This document shows, in pieces, positions 1 through 17,099 of a stretch of 64,000 nucleotides of DNA; the first letter of the stretch is position 1, and each line of letters begins with the position of its first letter. This DNA comes from the human T2T-CHM13v2.0 reference genome, Homo sapiens. The stretch lies in assembly GCF_009914755.1 (NCBI RefSeq), contig NC_060927.1; one strand, written 5' to 3'. Below the pieces are notes generated by a model. It did no database searches and was not told where the DNA came from. It worked only from the letters and a program-made list of their open reading frames with translations. The translations under genes and the position numbers were made by a program.

Positions 1-439
1 TTTTACCTGCTGTATAACTTGCTTTAATTAAATGTAGTCTCATCATTGACACATCATCTGAAAGCTTAGAAAACATTCCACTGGAGATCTCATCTGGGGT
101 TAGAATAACAATTAAAACTCACTGGCACTCATAGAATTTCTCTCATAAATAACTCTAAATATCAGGCATTCTTGATTTTTCCAGCTTGTGAACAGATTTT
201 TCTTTTTTAAGTAGAGAGAAATTTCTGTTGCAAGTGAATCATTAAACCTTGGGAACAAGCAGAGTAATTATAAAATACTTCAGGAAGTCTATCAAACTGT
301 CTAGGGATTCCCCAAGGTGCTATAAGTCTGACAAATTTGGCATTTTTTACTAGTCTGAGGAGAGACTGGACAGTCCCCAATACATGTACTATAATTAATG
401 TTTTCGTTAAGTACCTTCATTTCCTTAAAACTTAATCTA

Positions 440-754
<315 letters not shown>

Positions 755-2569
755 TTAACCTAAGTTGTTAACTGTGAGCTAACCAAATCAAATTGCATTC
801 ATTTTCCTTTTTCATCTCTTTGACATGATGAATTTATTTTTATATCAGTTTTCTTAAAATGCATTCGTTCATATTGACTATTATGACAGGGGTTAAGCTA
901 AACACTTAATTGACTCCTGAGTTTCCTTTGGAAGTTCAGGTCCAGCCCTTAATGAGATTATGATCCTGTTGTAACTGAAAAATCAAAGTAAATGGGTATG
1001 GATTCTTGGCTTAAGAAAAGATAATTTTGATGACTAGTGACTCTGCGAGGAAAAACTTTCTTTCCTCTTTTTCCAAATGTCTTCTCCCTAAGACTCTCTG
1101 AAATTCTTCTGGTCTGTTATAAAATACAATCTGAGTATGAAAATAGCTAATATATGAAAGAACCTTAGTACTGTGCTTGCAATACACTAAATAAATACTG
1201 CATAAATATTAGCTATTATTAGTAGAAAGTGGGGCTGTTCGCTGTGGAAAAGAGGCTTCCTTTTTCCTCTGTCATTCAGTACAAACGTGGAAAGCCCTGG
1301 AATATATAATCTGTAATGTTTATTCCTATTTTATGAGTTTCAGTAACAGCTACTTCAAAGCCATACATATAATACTTCTGCACAAACCCCTTTTCTTAGA
1401 GCCACTTTACTTATCTTTACGACAGAAAAATAGATATGAAATACATTTTTTGACAGTCTTTTGCCAGCACAATAAAAATATGAACCAGGAAGCTAAGTAA
1501 AGTTTTGTTTTGTTTCATTTTCTCTTTGCCCTCTGAATTCCTTTACTTGGTCATGCCTCTTTGGTTCATCTAAACCCCAGGTATGTCCTCTCTACCCACC
1601 GACTCTCGATACAGAGTCTTTCCACATACAAACATATGCTCTTCATTGATCTATACCTTTGTTTCTCCAAATCTTTAAAATTGGATATTTTGGTGACTTT
1701 AAAGATTCTCAAGCATATTCATATTTCCCCATGTCTTATTTGCACAGCTGTTTCTGCGCTAATGCTTCACTTGGTATCAAGGTATCAAAGCTGAGTCAGC
1801 CCTAGAATCTGTCTTTGAAGTCCAGGGTCTGTGAGGAACTAAAAGTTTCATGTAAGTATGATGAAACATGTGAAAGCATCGTGCACACATTACTGTGGTA
1901 ACAAAGAAAGGATGAGCAATTCTACCTCAGAAAGTTAGTGCTAAAACCATCATTCACATGAGGAATATTTGCCCCTACATTTGAAAAATGAATCGGAGCC
2001 TTTTATGGAAAGACATCCCAGATGGAGAGCACAACATTTTCAGAGACATTTGCTCAGGAACCACAGTAGTGGAGAACTGTGGCATTGCTGGAGAGAGGAA
2101 GAGTAGGAGAGATGGCTGGAAAGAAGAAAGGCGATGGAATAAGGAGAGGACCTCACATCAACCTTCCAGCTGTAGGGTTCATTTTATCCTCATTTCACAG
2201 AAGAGGAAAATGAGGTCCATAGAGTAAAAAACGACATAGGAAATAAACAGCAAGAGCTCAAAGTCAAGACCAGATCTTCTCCTAAAACCCATCGTGCTTG
2301 CTTTCTGCTGCAATATATGACTAGTTGGATTTTTTTTAATCAAAGTATTAAATCCCTAATTTAGATTCAAGAAATTAGATTTCAGTATGGTATGTGCTAA
2401 AGGGATCTTTTAGACAGAGCTCCTTTGAGAGGTGTCCCAATTACCTCACAAACAAGTATTTTCCTGAATGTATATTGTTGCTTTTCTCATCCTAAAGAAG
2501 TTGGAGGTGAGGAGAAAGAGAAGAAAGAAGAAGAAAAAAAAAAACTAACACTGATTGGGTGTCTTCTGT

Positions 2570-2800
2570 GAGCTACAGATTATTTTATATGTTATATTTT
2601 ATAGGTATTTTGTATACTATATTATTTGAATCCTCACAACCATTTTGTGAGTTAAATATTATTGCCACTTTTAAAGATGAGGACTCTGAAATTCAGATAT
2701 AAAAAAACTTGCCCAACTGCCTTGTCCAGTCATGCAGCTAGTTAATGGTAAACCTCAAGTTAGAACAGGAGTTAGCTTGACCCAGACCCAGATCATCTCA
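2570..2800 (-). mobile_element. MIR relic
   Basis: aatcctcacaaccattttgtgag...attattgccacttttaaagatgaggactctga resembles the MIR core. Edges approximate. Confidence 0.6.
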
Positions 2801-3214
2801 TTCCTTTATCTAACTGTGCTCCTTGTGAATGGGCTCAACATTAAACTCAAAACAAGGCCAATCAGTTAACTAAAACATTGATGAAGGAAATGTTTTAGAG
2901 CAATGTCTCTAAGAAAGGACATACCTTGGCAAAGGAAGTAACATGGCATTTTCGGCTTAATCAAATAATAACCTTGTATTTGAAATAACACTTGGACTTC
3001 AAATTTGGACTCCAAACAGAAAGAATGATGAGATCAGGGAACTATATGAATGACAAAATAGACCATGAAGCAGCATGAAGAAGAAACAAGGAGTGAATGG
3101 GAAGAGATACACTACACAAAATGGGGGATATAGAGTTTCTTGTTCTCAAGGGCTTTATTTGCCCATTCGAATCATATCTGTCTTATAAGTATGCCCAAAA
3201 TCTGTGACTTCATA

Positions 3215-3568
3215 CATTAGTCCCTCCTTATTGATGGGGAATATCTTCCACGACCCCTAATGAATGCCAGAAACCATAGATAGTACCAAACTCTAAATAT
3301 AATGTTTTTTCTATGCATACTTAGTTATGGTAAAGGTCAATTTGTAAATTAGGCACAATAATAGATTAGCAACGACAACTAATAATTAAATAGAGCAATT
3401 CTAACAATAATAAAGTAATAAAAACTGTAATAAAAAGGTATGTGAACATAATCTCTGTCTTTCTCTCAAAATATCATATTGTACTGTTCTCACCTATTTT
3501 TGGACCACAGTTAACCATGAGTAACAGCTATTGTAGAAGATAAAACTGCAGGTTAAGAGGAACTACTG
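3215..3568 (-). mobile_element. MER44A-like MITE (TcMar-Tigger)
   Basis: Terminal inverted repeats cattagtccctcctta...taagaggaactactg flanked by TA on both sides. Internal sequence matches recalled MER44A. Confidence 0.8.
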
Positions 3569-4139
3569 TACTTACCAAAGGATCATTGTCTCATATAGTC
3601 ACATTGTCTCCCAGAATCCCAAATAGCTAAACGTTTACAAATTATGTTTGTTGACCAACCTAAATTCTAGAACACATTGATACATTAGCAGAAGAGGGTA
3701 ATTAACTCAAGCTCCTGGCCTAGAAAACGTCAAGGTTTGAGAGACTGCTCACCATCAAGAGAGGGCTTCAATACTGGTCTGAGCCTTGTCTAGTCACCTT
3801 CACAGATCTTGGACACTCAAGTTAACCCTTCAGTATTTAGCTACTTTTATCCAGGGCACTCATAATAATGATCATATGCAATCCTCTATATTTGTATTCT
3901 AAGTGGTGTGTCTTGCTGAAGACAGAAACATTTAACTACTTGACTATATGTATATAATGGATTACTTAGAATAAAAACAAAAAAGTTTGGCATTATAGTT
4001 TTTTATTGGCCAGAAATTTTGCTGGTAGTTGAGCTACATGTCACTTAGATTAAGAAGTCATTGTGATAATTTTTATTATTAATAATAATAGTGTAAATTA
4101 TAAGCATAGTTTATTAAACATGTGCAGATGTTGTTCTGG

Positions 4140-4442
4140 ACCAGGGCAAGATAGTAAATATTTTGGCTTTGTGGGCCATGTGCTATCTGTTGCAACTACT
4201 TAGCTTTCCTGGCACAAAAGCAATCAAACAATATGACACTGAATAGACATAGCTGTATTCCAATAAGACTTTATTCATGAACAGTGAAATTTAGATTTCA
4301 TATAAGCTTCAAGTCATGAAATATTGTTCTTTTTAATTTTTTCAACTGTTTAGAAATGTAAAAACTATTCTTAACGCATGAGCCATACAAAAAGAAGGAG
4401 TGGGCTAGATTTACATGAGGGCTTTAGTTTTACAATGCTTGC
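4140..4442 (+). mobile_element. MER58B-like hAT-Charlie element
   Basis: gatagtaaatattttggctttgtgggccat...ctgtattccaataagactttatt...gggctagattt matches recalled MER58. Confidence 0.7.
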
Positions 4443-4899
4443 TCTAGACAGTTACCTTTCTCATCATCAACTTTGTCATCTATTTCAAGACTTCTCATCC
4501 ATATTGCATAGATAAGGAAACTAAACATAGGAACATCAAACTGACTTAAACATCACATAGCAAGCGATTGCAAAACTTTGGCAATTTTCTTGACTTCCCT
4601 GAATCTCAATTTCTTTATATGTACACTGGGGAGAAATATGTTTATAGAGATATTATGGGATTTAGTGAAATATTCATTTATTCAATTATTATTAAGTTCT
4701 TTCTAGTTGCAGAGTCTTCCCTGAAATACTAAAGTTCAGAAAATATACAGTGTAAAAGGTAGATCTTGACCCTGCCCAGATGAGGTTTAGAATTAAGTTT
4801 GTAAGACATAAGGTAAGTATGAAGTTATAATTAATATGATAGAAGCGCTGATGGAAAGAAAAACTGTGGGCCAAAGGGAGAATATAGCACAAGTGCATA

Positions 4900-5450
4900 T
4901 TCCAAGTTCAGGAAAAACCTCCTGGAAAACAGTGGTGTCAAACAGGGCTGTGAAATGATTCACCGAACTGAAGACATGGGGGAAAAAAAAACAAACAAAC
5001 GAACAAACAACATTTCAGGCAAAGGCAATGCTATGGGTAAATTCCAGAAGTGACAAGGAGTTGGCCCATTAAGAAACTGAAAGAAGTTCACATGACTGGA
5101 ACACAAACTTCAAGACATAAATATAAAGCTGGATTCAAGAAATAACGCTAGAGAAGTAAGAAGCCATATAAAGACATGTTCATAAGTCTAGAAGTGATCT
5201 TAAGAACAAAGGAAAGTTCCTGAAAAGTTGTGAGCAATGAGGGCATATTATTAGACTTGCATTTTGAAAAGGTCATTCTGCTGCAATTTGAAGAATGGAG
5301 TAGAGAGTGGCAAGAATGAGTCCAGGGAGGCCAGTTCAAAAGTAGATGCTACTATGATCCAGATGAATAATGGTAGTGGCTCAGATTAGAGTAGTGGCAG
5401 AAGAAACTAAGAGAAGCAGTCAGATTCAAGAAATATTAAGTTATTTGATT
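4900..5450. mobile_element. L2 relic
   Basis: Purine-rich degenerate L2 phrases (gacttgcattttgaaaaggtcattctgctgc; tccagatgaataatggtagtggc). Edges approximate. Confidence 0.55.
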
Positions 5451-7519
5451 CATTTAAAAATATTTATTGCATCCATTTTTCTGGGAATATAATAATAAAC
5501 AGACCAAACTGCCGAGTTGTCAGTATGATGGACAAAGTAGAGACGGAGATTATTTCTGACTGGTAACATGAACTAGGATGAGAAAAAAAAAACAAGAAGA
5601 AAAATAATTTGGTGTGTTTTGACTAAAAACCCTGACTAAAATTTCTCATCATTATTTCTTATGGTTCTTTAGAGGGATACATTTCCCTCCCCCCAAAGCC
5701 ATTTAGGGCCAGAAACAAAAATAAAAAGAGAGTGAGTTTATGGCTCTCTAAAACAGCTTTACTATTCTTTCAGCTTTCTCCTACCTTTTATACCCAGAGA
5801 ATAAAAAAAAAAAAATGGAAGAGAAGAAATATATGACTGCTGTTGCAGAAGAAGTGCAGATATCACTGATATGAACAGATATCAATGGAAAACTACTCAT
5901 GTACATTGTCTCCCCTAAACCTGATAATAGACATTTTCTTCAAGGTAGAAGATGCTGTACTTCTACAACAGCTTACATGGAGTTTGTATACACTAATTGA
6001 GTATGCTATTGAGAGTTGGGTTCTTGGGGTGACTCTTATCATTCAAGGGGACTCTATCAAGGTATCAAGATCTCCACCAGTTCTACAGGGGCCATCGTAC
6101 CTCATGTTTCTGTATCCTGGAACCCTTTAAAATGGTTAATACCACAAATATTTTCCTCAGAATTATATTGCACTCATCAAAATAATTCAAATTTGGAATA
6201 TTTTTAGCTCGTGATTATTCTGCCTTCAGTTTGAATAGTTTCCATAGATAAACATATCATGCTATGTGTGTATGTCATTGGACTGACACCTCCTGTTTTA
6301 TACTCTTTACATACAGCAAAACATATTTATAAATGATATTTCCAGAATACTCCAAAGCCAAAGGTGAGGTCATTACAAAGTATCCTAGTTAGGTGAACAG
6401 AGACACATAGCAAATGGAGATCTTTGTTTAAAAAGTATACTTTGTTTACAAAGTATAAAATAGTAAGTTTAATTCTTGACCCATTCCATTGGTAGCGCCT
6501 GTGAAGACCTCAGCCCCCAGGGGACATGTCCACCAGTTGCGTAGGCTTATATGAACCTAAAGAAAGCGTATTACGCTGGAAATAATAGACTTGGCAATCA
6601 TTCTCTTTGTATATGATATTTGAAACTTATGGCAGTTGATGGAAGTACCTAGTGAAATTGTCTGGAGAAGTATCAGCATTTCACAAACCTCAGCAAATCA
6701 AACTGAAGAAGAGCAGCTAAAAAGTAGAACATAAGTAAAGATCTGGCATTCACAAAACCCCCAAACAGCCTGTTTCAAGAACGTATATTGTGCCAAAGCC
6801 TGGCTCTGTAAAGGGCCACTGGGTTCAGGAAAGCAGTCAATGGTGATCTTGACAAAAATGATGTCTGTAGTGAGGTTGGAAGTTTGATGCAGTGAGTACA
6901 GGTCTAAGTGTGATGCGAGGAAATCAAGACTGTGAATACAAAAGCTCTTTCAAGAAAATGGGCCCACAGAAAATAGGGAAAAGACAAAATAATTTTTGGC
7001 TGGTTTTCTTGTATTTTTTTTAAGATGGAAGATAACCTGAACATGTTCCAGTAGTGATAGAAAAGAATTAGCAGGAAGAGATATTAAAGGCTTGGGGAGA
7101 GATAGATAACTGAGAGAAATCACCGGTAAATCAGGAAGGGAAGGAATCTAGGAAAGAAACAGAAGGTCTGTTTTTGAAATGATACCATCTCTGTTTGCTT
7201 ACATGGAAAGAGCAGGAAAGTAGGAAAGTATGAAGGTATGGTATGTACCTGTAGGCTAGATGTCAGACAGTTGAGACATCTCCCTCTGAAGATTTTTATT
7301 GTGAAGTAGCTAGAAGTTAGGGGAAAAGAATAAGAGGGTTGATTTACATAATCATTTTGAAGAATGGAATATTGAACGCAAAAAAGGCCAGATAGACATT
7401 AATGATTATCAATTAATAGCGGTATTTAATCTACTTATTTCTAAAATAATGAAGTTTCTACAAGTGTCTAGGAACTGTTTTCTTCTCTGTAACTATTTCT
7501 ACAGGATGAGTAAGTAGTT

Positions 7520-7760
7520 TCTATTATATATAAATATTTATATATGTGTAAATACGTATTCAGATATATATATATATACACATATATAGGCACATATACA
7601 CATATAGACACTTTAAATGCACAATGAGGGTATGGAAGAATATATATGTCTATATTTTGAGATGTGCTTATATATGTATATATATCTACATAGAAAGACA
7701 TATGTACATATAAATTTACACATATACATATATATGAAAAACTGTGAAATATATTCATAT
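7520..7760. repeat. (TA)/(CA)-rich low-complexity region
   Basis: Imperfect tatata/tacaca runs; explains the Y/I-rich ORFs 7468..7764 and 7617..7856. Confidence 0.8.
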
Positions 7761-9644
7761 GCATTCTTTTGTACCCTCACCATTCTTTTGAAGTATGTTA
7801 TTTATTGCACACTCTGTATAGTACTCTCTCTAAAAACAGATTTAATCTACATGTAGTTGATCAGGGAAAATTATCCCATCATTTTGTTATTTTGTTGTTC
7901 AAGAATAAATATAGCCCAGAATTATTCTTGATGTTGCTATGAATTCTATGAACCTTCATATAATTCCATCCAGATGTTGAATTTTAGCATTTACCTCCAA
8001 AACACAAAGATATTGTTCAAGTTATTACTGGTGTAGCTGTTAATGAATTATTTCAAATTTACCTTTGCTCGGTGCTAAAAAGAAAATATTTCCTATGCAT
8101 GAGAAATGATAGAAAGACCAGAGCCACTTTAGAATAATCACTAGGGGAGAAAGGCATCTAAGATTATATATATTATTTTAATTAAGGGTGCTTGAAATTC
8201 TATATGGCTTTCTTTGAATAATAAGCATCTACAGATGAGGTATGATTAGAAAATGCAATCTCTTTTACAGGTTCAATTAAATCAACTTCATTTCAATAAT
8301 GTTGAATGATTAGAGAAAATTTTATCAGAATCGTACTTTGAGTCATCATTCAAAGAATCAATTTTTTTAAAATTCTGCAATGTGGTTTACTAGATAATGA
8401 CAACAGGACTTAAAATTAATGGAAGAAGTTTGAGGGCAATTAAATTATATGTCTTAATCAGTCTGATTTAATATGACTAGTGGATAGAATTTTCATTTAT
8501 TCACAAAAGACAACCATCTGAGCCAGTCAAGCTTATAATTAGTGAGAAATAACCCTCAGAAATTAGTGTGCATCTCATATGTGAAGAAGAGTTTACTCAA
8601 ATAATACATAACCTATTTACCTTGAATTTTTCATTTCTTGTAAAATGTATTTTTATTTTAAGCCATTAAACTGTGTAATATTTGAATGAGATTATTCTTG
8701 TTGCTGTTTTGTGTTCCAAGCTAAACCAGAGTAACTAGTTATGAGGAGATATAAAGTATTGCAGGATGACATGTTATATACTTATTTGTTATCAAAATAC
8801 AAAGCTTTCAGTTTTTAAAAAAAATGAGATTAGTGTTTATTTTTAAATCTATTTTAGATGTAATTTTAATATGCATTTATCTCTAGGCAGATAAAATATA
8901 GTATTCAACTTTATCCAAGTGTCTTTCATTATAGAGAAATATACATTTGCAAAAGGTTTACTTCTTCAAAAGTTGCACTATCCATATATTCTTTAAGGAG
9001 AAGCATATGATATGATCTATTTGTCATAATGATAAGTTATATAAGATATTGTATTGAGATATTATTTAAATTTATAGAGAAATGCTGATAAATATTAAAA
9101 TGTGTTATGCCTAGATAAGAAGGTATAGTTAAGAAATAAAAACAATATTTGATGCTATCAAATCATTATATCATAAATATGTAAAAACTAGTTAAAAGCT
9201 TTGATTTAAATTATGTCCTTTCTTCCCTATTGACATTTCAATGAGATTAATAAGTTACATTTATATCATCCGTCTGCATGGCAATATTAAAATACACTTT
9301 CAATCTTTCATGTAATCCATGTAAAAGGGGTACACAAAACATTAAACGGTAGTCCTTGTCTCTTCCTTGCTGAGATGAAGTGAAGGTTTTAAAGCAGGAA
9401 ATCTTGGAATGAGACAAGAAGGTAAAGTTTAAAAAGAACAGGTGAGGAGAGGACCCATTTTGTACATACAACTGATACATAGTCAGAAAGGTTTGAACTG
9501 CCTGAAATCCTAGTAACTGTAATAAAGGAAAAAGTACTATCCTCTCTGGCCCAGCAGGAAGGGGTCAACCAAAGACGGTGATTATTTCTCTAACACAGTT
9601 TTATATATGTGTGCCAGTGCTTACTATACTTCCATCATGTATAG

Positions 9645-9817
9645 ATGCATCAGAAGGTTCTGTCTGTGGGGAACAGGAACACATCAGACAATGAATCCAT
9701 CAAGACCTTGATTTTGGACTTCTCAGTCTCCAAAACTGTTAGAAATAGGTGTTTGTTGTTCATAAGCCACCAAGTTTATGGTATGTTTGTTATAAGCAAC
9801 CTGAACAGGCTAAGACA
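9645..9817 (+). mobile_element. MLT1 (MaLR) LTR 3' fragment
   Basis: accttgattttggacttctcagtctccaaaactgttagaaata...taagccacc...ctaagaca terminus. Confidence 0.75.
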
Positions 9818-10718
9818 TGGACTCTAAAATATTCTGGAGCTCCAAATTACTATGAGGGTTAGAAATCCAACAGACCAATATTGTATGGAGCTACTGAGAT
9901 TTGGGGGGTTAGATTGCTTTTGCAGCATAATGAAGTCTGTAACTCTAGCTGATGACCTAACTGTAGTAAAGTCTTAAAATCTGTGCCCTTAATCTAAATG
10001 CTGTAATAGTAGCTGTGATTTAATAGGAAAACAATCTAGACACAATTTAATAATAATTTCATTTCTCTTTCAGCCTGAAATTGGAAGTCAAACTGTGATT
10101 TTATTTTCATATAAAAACTCTGAATTAGTAGATTTTCCTGCAAAGTGGTAATAACAGGGTTAATGTTCAAAGCTAAATAATCACAGTGTTATGGTGAATT
10201 GACAAAATGCTTAGCAGTTCAAGACTACAACAATTTAAAATAAGCTGACTTTGCCAGTTTTTACTTGCCCACCCAACAGTTATTTTTTCATCAACAGTTC
10301 TGAACTCAATTCATTTTAAGTGTACTATTGTTTTTCTTTAGGAAAAAGAATAAAATATTCATGACAGTCTGTGGTGATTCATACATTTTTGTTACTTAGA
10401 AATATCTAACTTCATTAATTCTTCAGAATGTCTTTTACTGCCCTGAAACACAAATAGTATGATAGTGTGTCTGGGGAATTGGCTGCTGAAATGTATTTAA
10501 AAGAATTCCATGCCTTCTGATATACAGTGTTTTGAGAAAGAGTTTAAAATTTTAGAATATCAAGTACAAATGATGTTATTTAATAATTGATAAAGGCAGT
10601 TCCTACACAACTTTGACATTCTATCATTCTATTCAGATCAGACTTTTAAAAAATAAGTAGTTTCTTTATTCTTTTTTGTTTGTTTGTTTTTTCTTACCAC
10701 CCCAAATGCAAAGCCTCA

Positions 10719-11970
<1,252 letters not shown>

Positions 11971-12574
11971 TTTTCTCTTTTCTAAATTATCTATTCTCAT
12001 TTAAAATAAGTACTAATGTTTGAGAAAGATCAGATTTTCCCTAATATTCTTTACATTACCATTAACAGTAATAATGTATTAATCATACGTGGAACCTTTC
12101 TTTAGTGTTACTCTTACATCATCTCTTATGGAGTAAAATAACAGAAGCCTAAAGAAGTAGTTTTATGTCCAAGGCCACAAGGATGTGGACAGATCCAGGG
12201 TTAAAATCCAGATAAACTGGCTGCTACACCATTGTTCACTCTGCTCTATTCTAGTAGAAGAGTTCAAGAGTTCATCCTACTCTGTTCAGTTGTTTATGGA
12301 CTCTCTTTAGTAGGTGTTTAAAATGCTTAAAACAATAGCAGTGTCTTTAAAATCTCATATCTTTCTTTGGTCTATCTCTAATTGGTACATATATGCATAG
12401 TAAATACCAAAATTACCAACATACTATACCTTGAATATTTTTTGCATAGACATTGTAAATGTTATTATTAGATGTCTTTATTATTTCTCCATAATCCTTG
12501 TTACCTGATGATAATTGATCAAAGAATGTTAGGACGTCAAAAATTAAACAAATGACTATAAGATGGACACTCAA

Positions 12575-12881
12575 GGCTGGGCATGGTGGCTCACACCTGT
12601 AACCCCAGCACTTTTGGAGGCTGAGGAGAGAAGACTACCCGAGGTGAGGTGTTCGAGACCAGCCTGGTCAACATGGTGAAACCTGGTCTCTACTAAAAAT
12701 ACAAAAATTAGCCAGGCATAGTGGCACATGCTGTAATCCCAGCTACTCAGAAGACTGAGGCACAAGAATCACTTGAACCTGGGAGGCGGAGGTTGCAGTG
12801 AGCCAAGATTGTGCCACTGCACTCCAGCCTGGGTGACAGAGCAAGACTCTGTCAAAATAAAAAATAATTAAAAAATAAAAA
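12575..12881 (+). mobile_element. AluS, full length
   Basis: Dimeric Alu; TSD aagatggac(a/c)ct(c/t)aa on both sides. Confidence 0.93.
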
Positions 12882-12934
12882 AAGATGGACCCTTAAATGT
12901 TTGATGATATGGAAATTACTATCTTTACAAATCC

Positions 12935-13810
12935 TTCATTCATTCATTCAGTAACTGTTTATTTAAACCTACTGTAAGGAATGAGCTGTGATTAGGTGCT
13001 GTGTATAGAGTCATGAACAAATAGGCAAGACAGCCACACTCAAATAACATATATAATATGTTACATATATCATATGTAATATTATATATGATATATGTAA
13101 TTTATTGGAATACATAAGGAATACATGTTATATATAATATATAATATATTGGAATACATATATAATATATGTATATAATATATTGGAATACATATATATG
13201 TATATAATATATAATATTGGAATACATATATAATATATGTATATAATATATATAATATATATTATGTTATTACACATATAAGATATATTACATATATAAT
13301 ATACAGATATATATGTGTATATAATATATATGTATATGTGTGTGTGTATATGTATACATATACACACACACTAACAAAAAGTCTATGAAACTAAAAAGCC
13401 GACTGCTCTAAGAGATAAAAATGTTGGGGGAAGTCGAGAGAAATTCTATTTCCCTGTGTTTGACACGGAAGCTTGACTAAGAAGCTCAAAATTAAGCTGA
13501 GGGTTAAAGGATGAGAATGAGTCAGCTCTACAAAGAACTGGAGGCAGAGCACTTCCATTAGTGGGAAAAGTACATGCAAATTCATATAGGCCAAAAAAGT
13601 CTTAGAATGTCTGGAACATAAAAGTGATTTAGAGGGAAAGTGGCTCAAAGTGAGAGTGAAGACCAGATTGTTATAGGCCTCAGGATGCTGGCTGGTATTT
13701 GAGGGCAATGGGAAGCCAAGTTTTAAGAGCAAAGTTATATGATCTAATCTAAGTTTCAAAAACAGATAAGTCATCCTGGCTGTATATAAAGAATGTTTTG
13801 GAGGAGTCTA
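12935..13810. mobile_element. L2 relic interrupted by an AT-rich repeat
   Basis: cattcattcattca L2 tail at 12937, with L2 phrases resuming after 13380 (gcaatgggaagccaagttttaagagc). Confidence 0.6.
13045..13372. repeat. AT-rich minisatellite-like array with recurring ttggaataca, ending in (TG)/(CA)
   Basis: ttggaataca recurs four times among tataa/tatat units. Confidence 0.85.
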
Positions 13811-14135
13811 ATTTTAGTAACTTTGGAGACTGACTTAATATAGACTTACTTTCTGGTCCATAGTTATAGAATAATGGATACATTTAAAGCTAAACAAACA
13901 AATAAGTAGCATGACTGGAAAAAGAAAGGTATTCCCTGATGTCAGAAAGAATGAATAATACCAAACCTGAGCTGTAATTTACTAATCTGGTGCTACAGTT
14001 GTCCAGAAAATTAGATTTGGCTTTAGGCTCTAAGTTCAGGCCCTAGAATTTGAATACCCACTTAGGGATAAAATGACATAGCCTTTGAATTGCATGATGA
14101 AATTTGCACAGAGAACAGCCTTAGAAAGACGAGTA

Positions 14136-14216
14136 TCTTGGCCTCAAGTGATCCTCCTGCCTCCTGCCGTAGTCTCCCAAAGCACTTCGATTACAGGTGT
14201 GAGGCATGGCGCAGCC
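14136..14216 (-). mobile_element. Alu left-arm/FLAM fragment
   Basis: ggcctcaagtgatcctcctgcctc...tcccaaagcac...gattacaggtgtgag. Confidence 0.75.
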
Positions 14217-14374
14217 ACATTATCCTTTTGAGGCAGGGCTACAAGCACTGATTCCTACATCTGCTATGACCTGGGCACAAGATTTTGAATCCTTCACTAA
14301 ATTATTCTCTCAATTTCCTCTAAGAACGATTCAGCCTTAGAACAAGTCACAAGATTTTTTGTTTTTTTAAATCA

Positions 14375-14704
<330 letters not shown>

Positions 14705-14783
14705 AAATTAATATACAGACAGCAACCTTGAAGGAGATGATTGAAGTTTAGAGTTTAGTCTAACAGTGACCTCAAGAGAGCAG

Positions 14784-15890
<1,107 letters not shown>

Positions 15891-16108
15891 AGGATAATGT
15901 GATTATTTTGGTGTAAACCTAATTTTGTACCAAAAGGCTAGCATTGAATTTTTTAAAGTGCGGTATGATTGCCATTATCTCATCCGCTTTGTGCTAAAAT
16001 GCTTTTTTAGTTGCGATTGGGCCAGGGGCCAGGATGAATCTCCTCTGAAATTCTGACCTGAATCTTCAGGAAGGAAGATTGAGGAAGAAGGTCTTGGTTA
16101 AAATAAAT

Positions 16109-16378
16109 CAGGTTGTCAAGCAGGGGTGATTTTGCCCCCAGGGAACATCGGCAATGTCTGGAGACATCTTTTGGTTGTCACAAATGTAGGATGGGGGTTA
16201 CAAAAAAAAAAAGGAAAGACTGGTATCTTGTTAAATGAGTCACTAGAAATCTCTATCTACTACTGGTCCAATATGTTGCTAAAAGAAAACTTGTTCTACC
16301 TAAGATATAACAGTATGTTCATATTGAAAGTGCACATGTACCCTAAAACTTAAAGTATAATAAAAAAAAAAAGTTCCA
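16109..16378 (+). mobile_element. MER20 (hAT-Charlie)
   Basis: ggggtgattttgcccccagggaacatcggcaatgtctggagacatcttttggttgtcacaa matches recalled MER20. Confidence 0.8.
16330..16372 (+). mobile_element. Extremely 5'-truncated young L1PA 3' tip
   Basis: gtgcacatgtaccctaaaacttaaagtataat followed by A11, flanked by aaagt repeats. Confidence 0.85.
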
Positions 16379-16698
16379 GAAAAATTGACACCCTAAACTC
16401 TACCACATGTGGAAATGGTTTACAGGTTTATATTATTCACATTATGTGAGAATCTCCAAGTTAGAAACATAAAGTAAAACTTGCTCTGAGCTAATGAAAT
16501 AACCGTTATGCATGACTGTTACAAATGCAAACTGCTTTACAGTAATATTTTTGAATATTTCCAAGATGATTTTTTTAAAACATAGAATAGGTCATGCCAC
16601 TTCTCACTTAAACTCTGGTTTCCCATTGCACTTACAATACCAGTTAGCAACCTAAATACCTATGACAATCTGATAGCCAGTCTCACTTGGAAATATAC

Positions 16699-17054
16699 TG
16701 CCTCTTAGCTCATTCAGGCTGCTGTACCAAAATGCTATAAACTCAGTAGCTTATAAACAACAGAAATTTATGTCTCACAGGTATGGAGGCTGGGAAGTTC
16801 AAGATCACGGCACTGGCAGGTTCTGTGTCTTGTGAGGACTGTTTCCTGATTCACAGAAGGTGCCTTTGCACAGTCTCCTCATGTGATAGAAGAAGCTAAC
16901 TTTCTGTGGCCTCTTTTCTAAGGACACTAATCCCAATCATGAGAGTTCTGCCTTCATGTTCTAGTCACCTCTCAAAGACCTTACTTTCTAATATAAACTT
17001 GGGGGTTAGAATTTCAACATATAAAGTTTGGGAGAACACGCTCAGGCCATAGCA
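16699..17054 (-). mobile_element. MLT1A-type MaLR solo LTR
   Basis: cttagctcattcaggctgct...ttataaacaacagaaatttat...ggaggctgggaagttcaagatc...ccatagca. Confidence 0.85.
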
Positions 17055-17099
17055 CCCTCTCAGCCATTTTTATTTCTTCGAAACAGACATAGACATATG

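Noticed and set aside
13128-13367. Tyr/Ile-rich ORF
   Set aside because: Translation of an AT-rich repeat; the same applies to 7468..7856 and 53889..54077.
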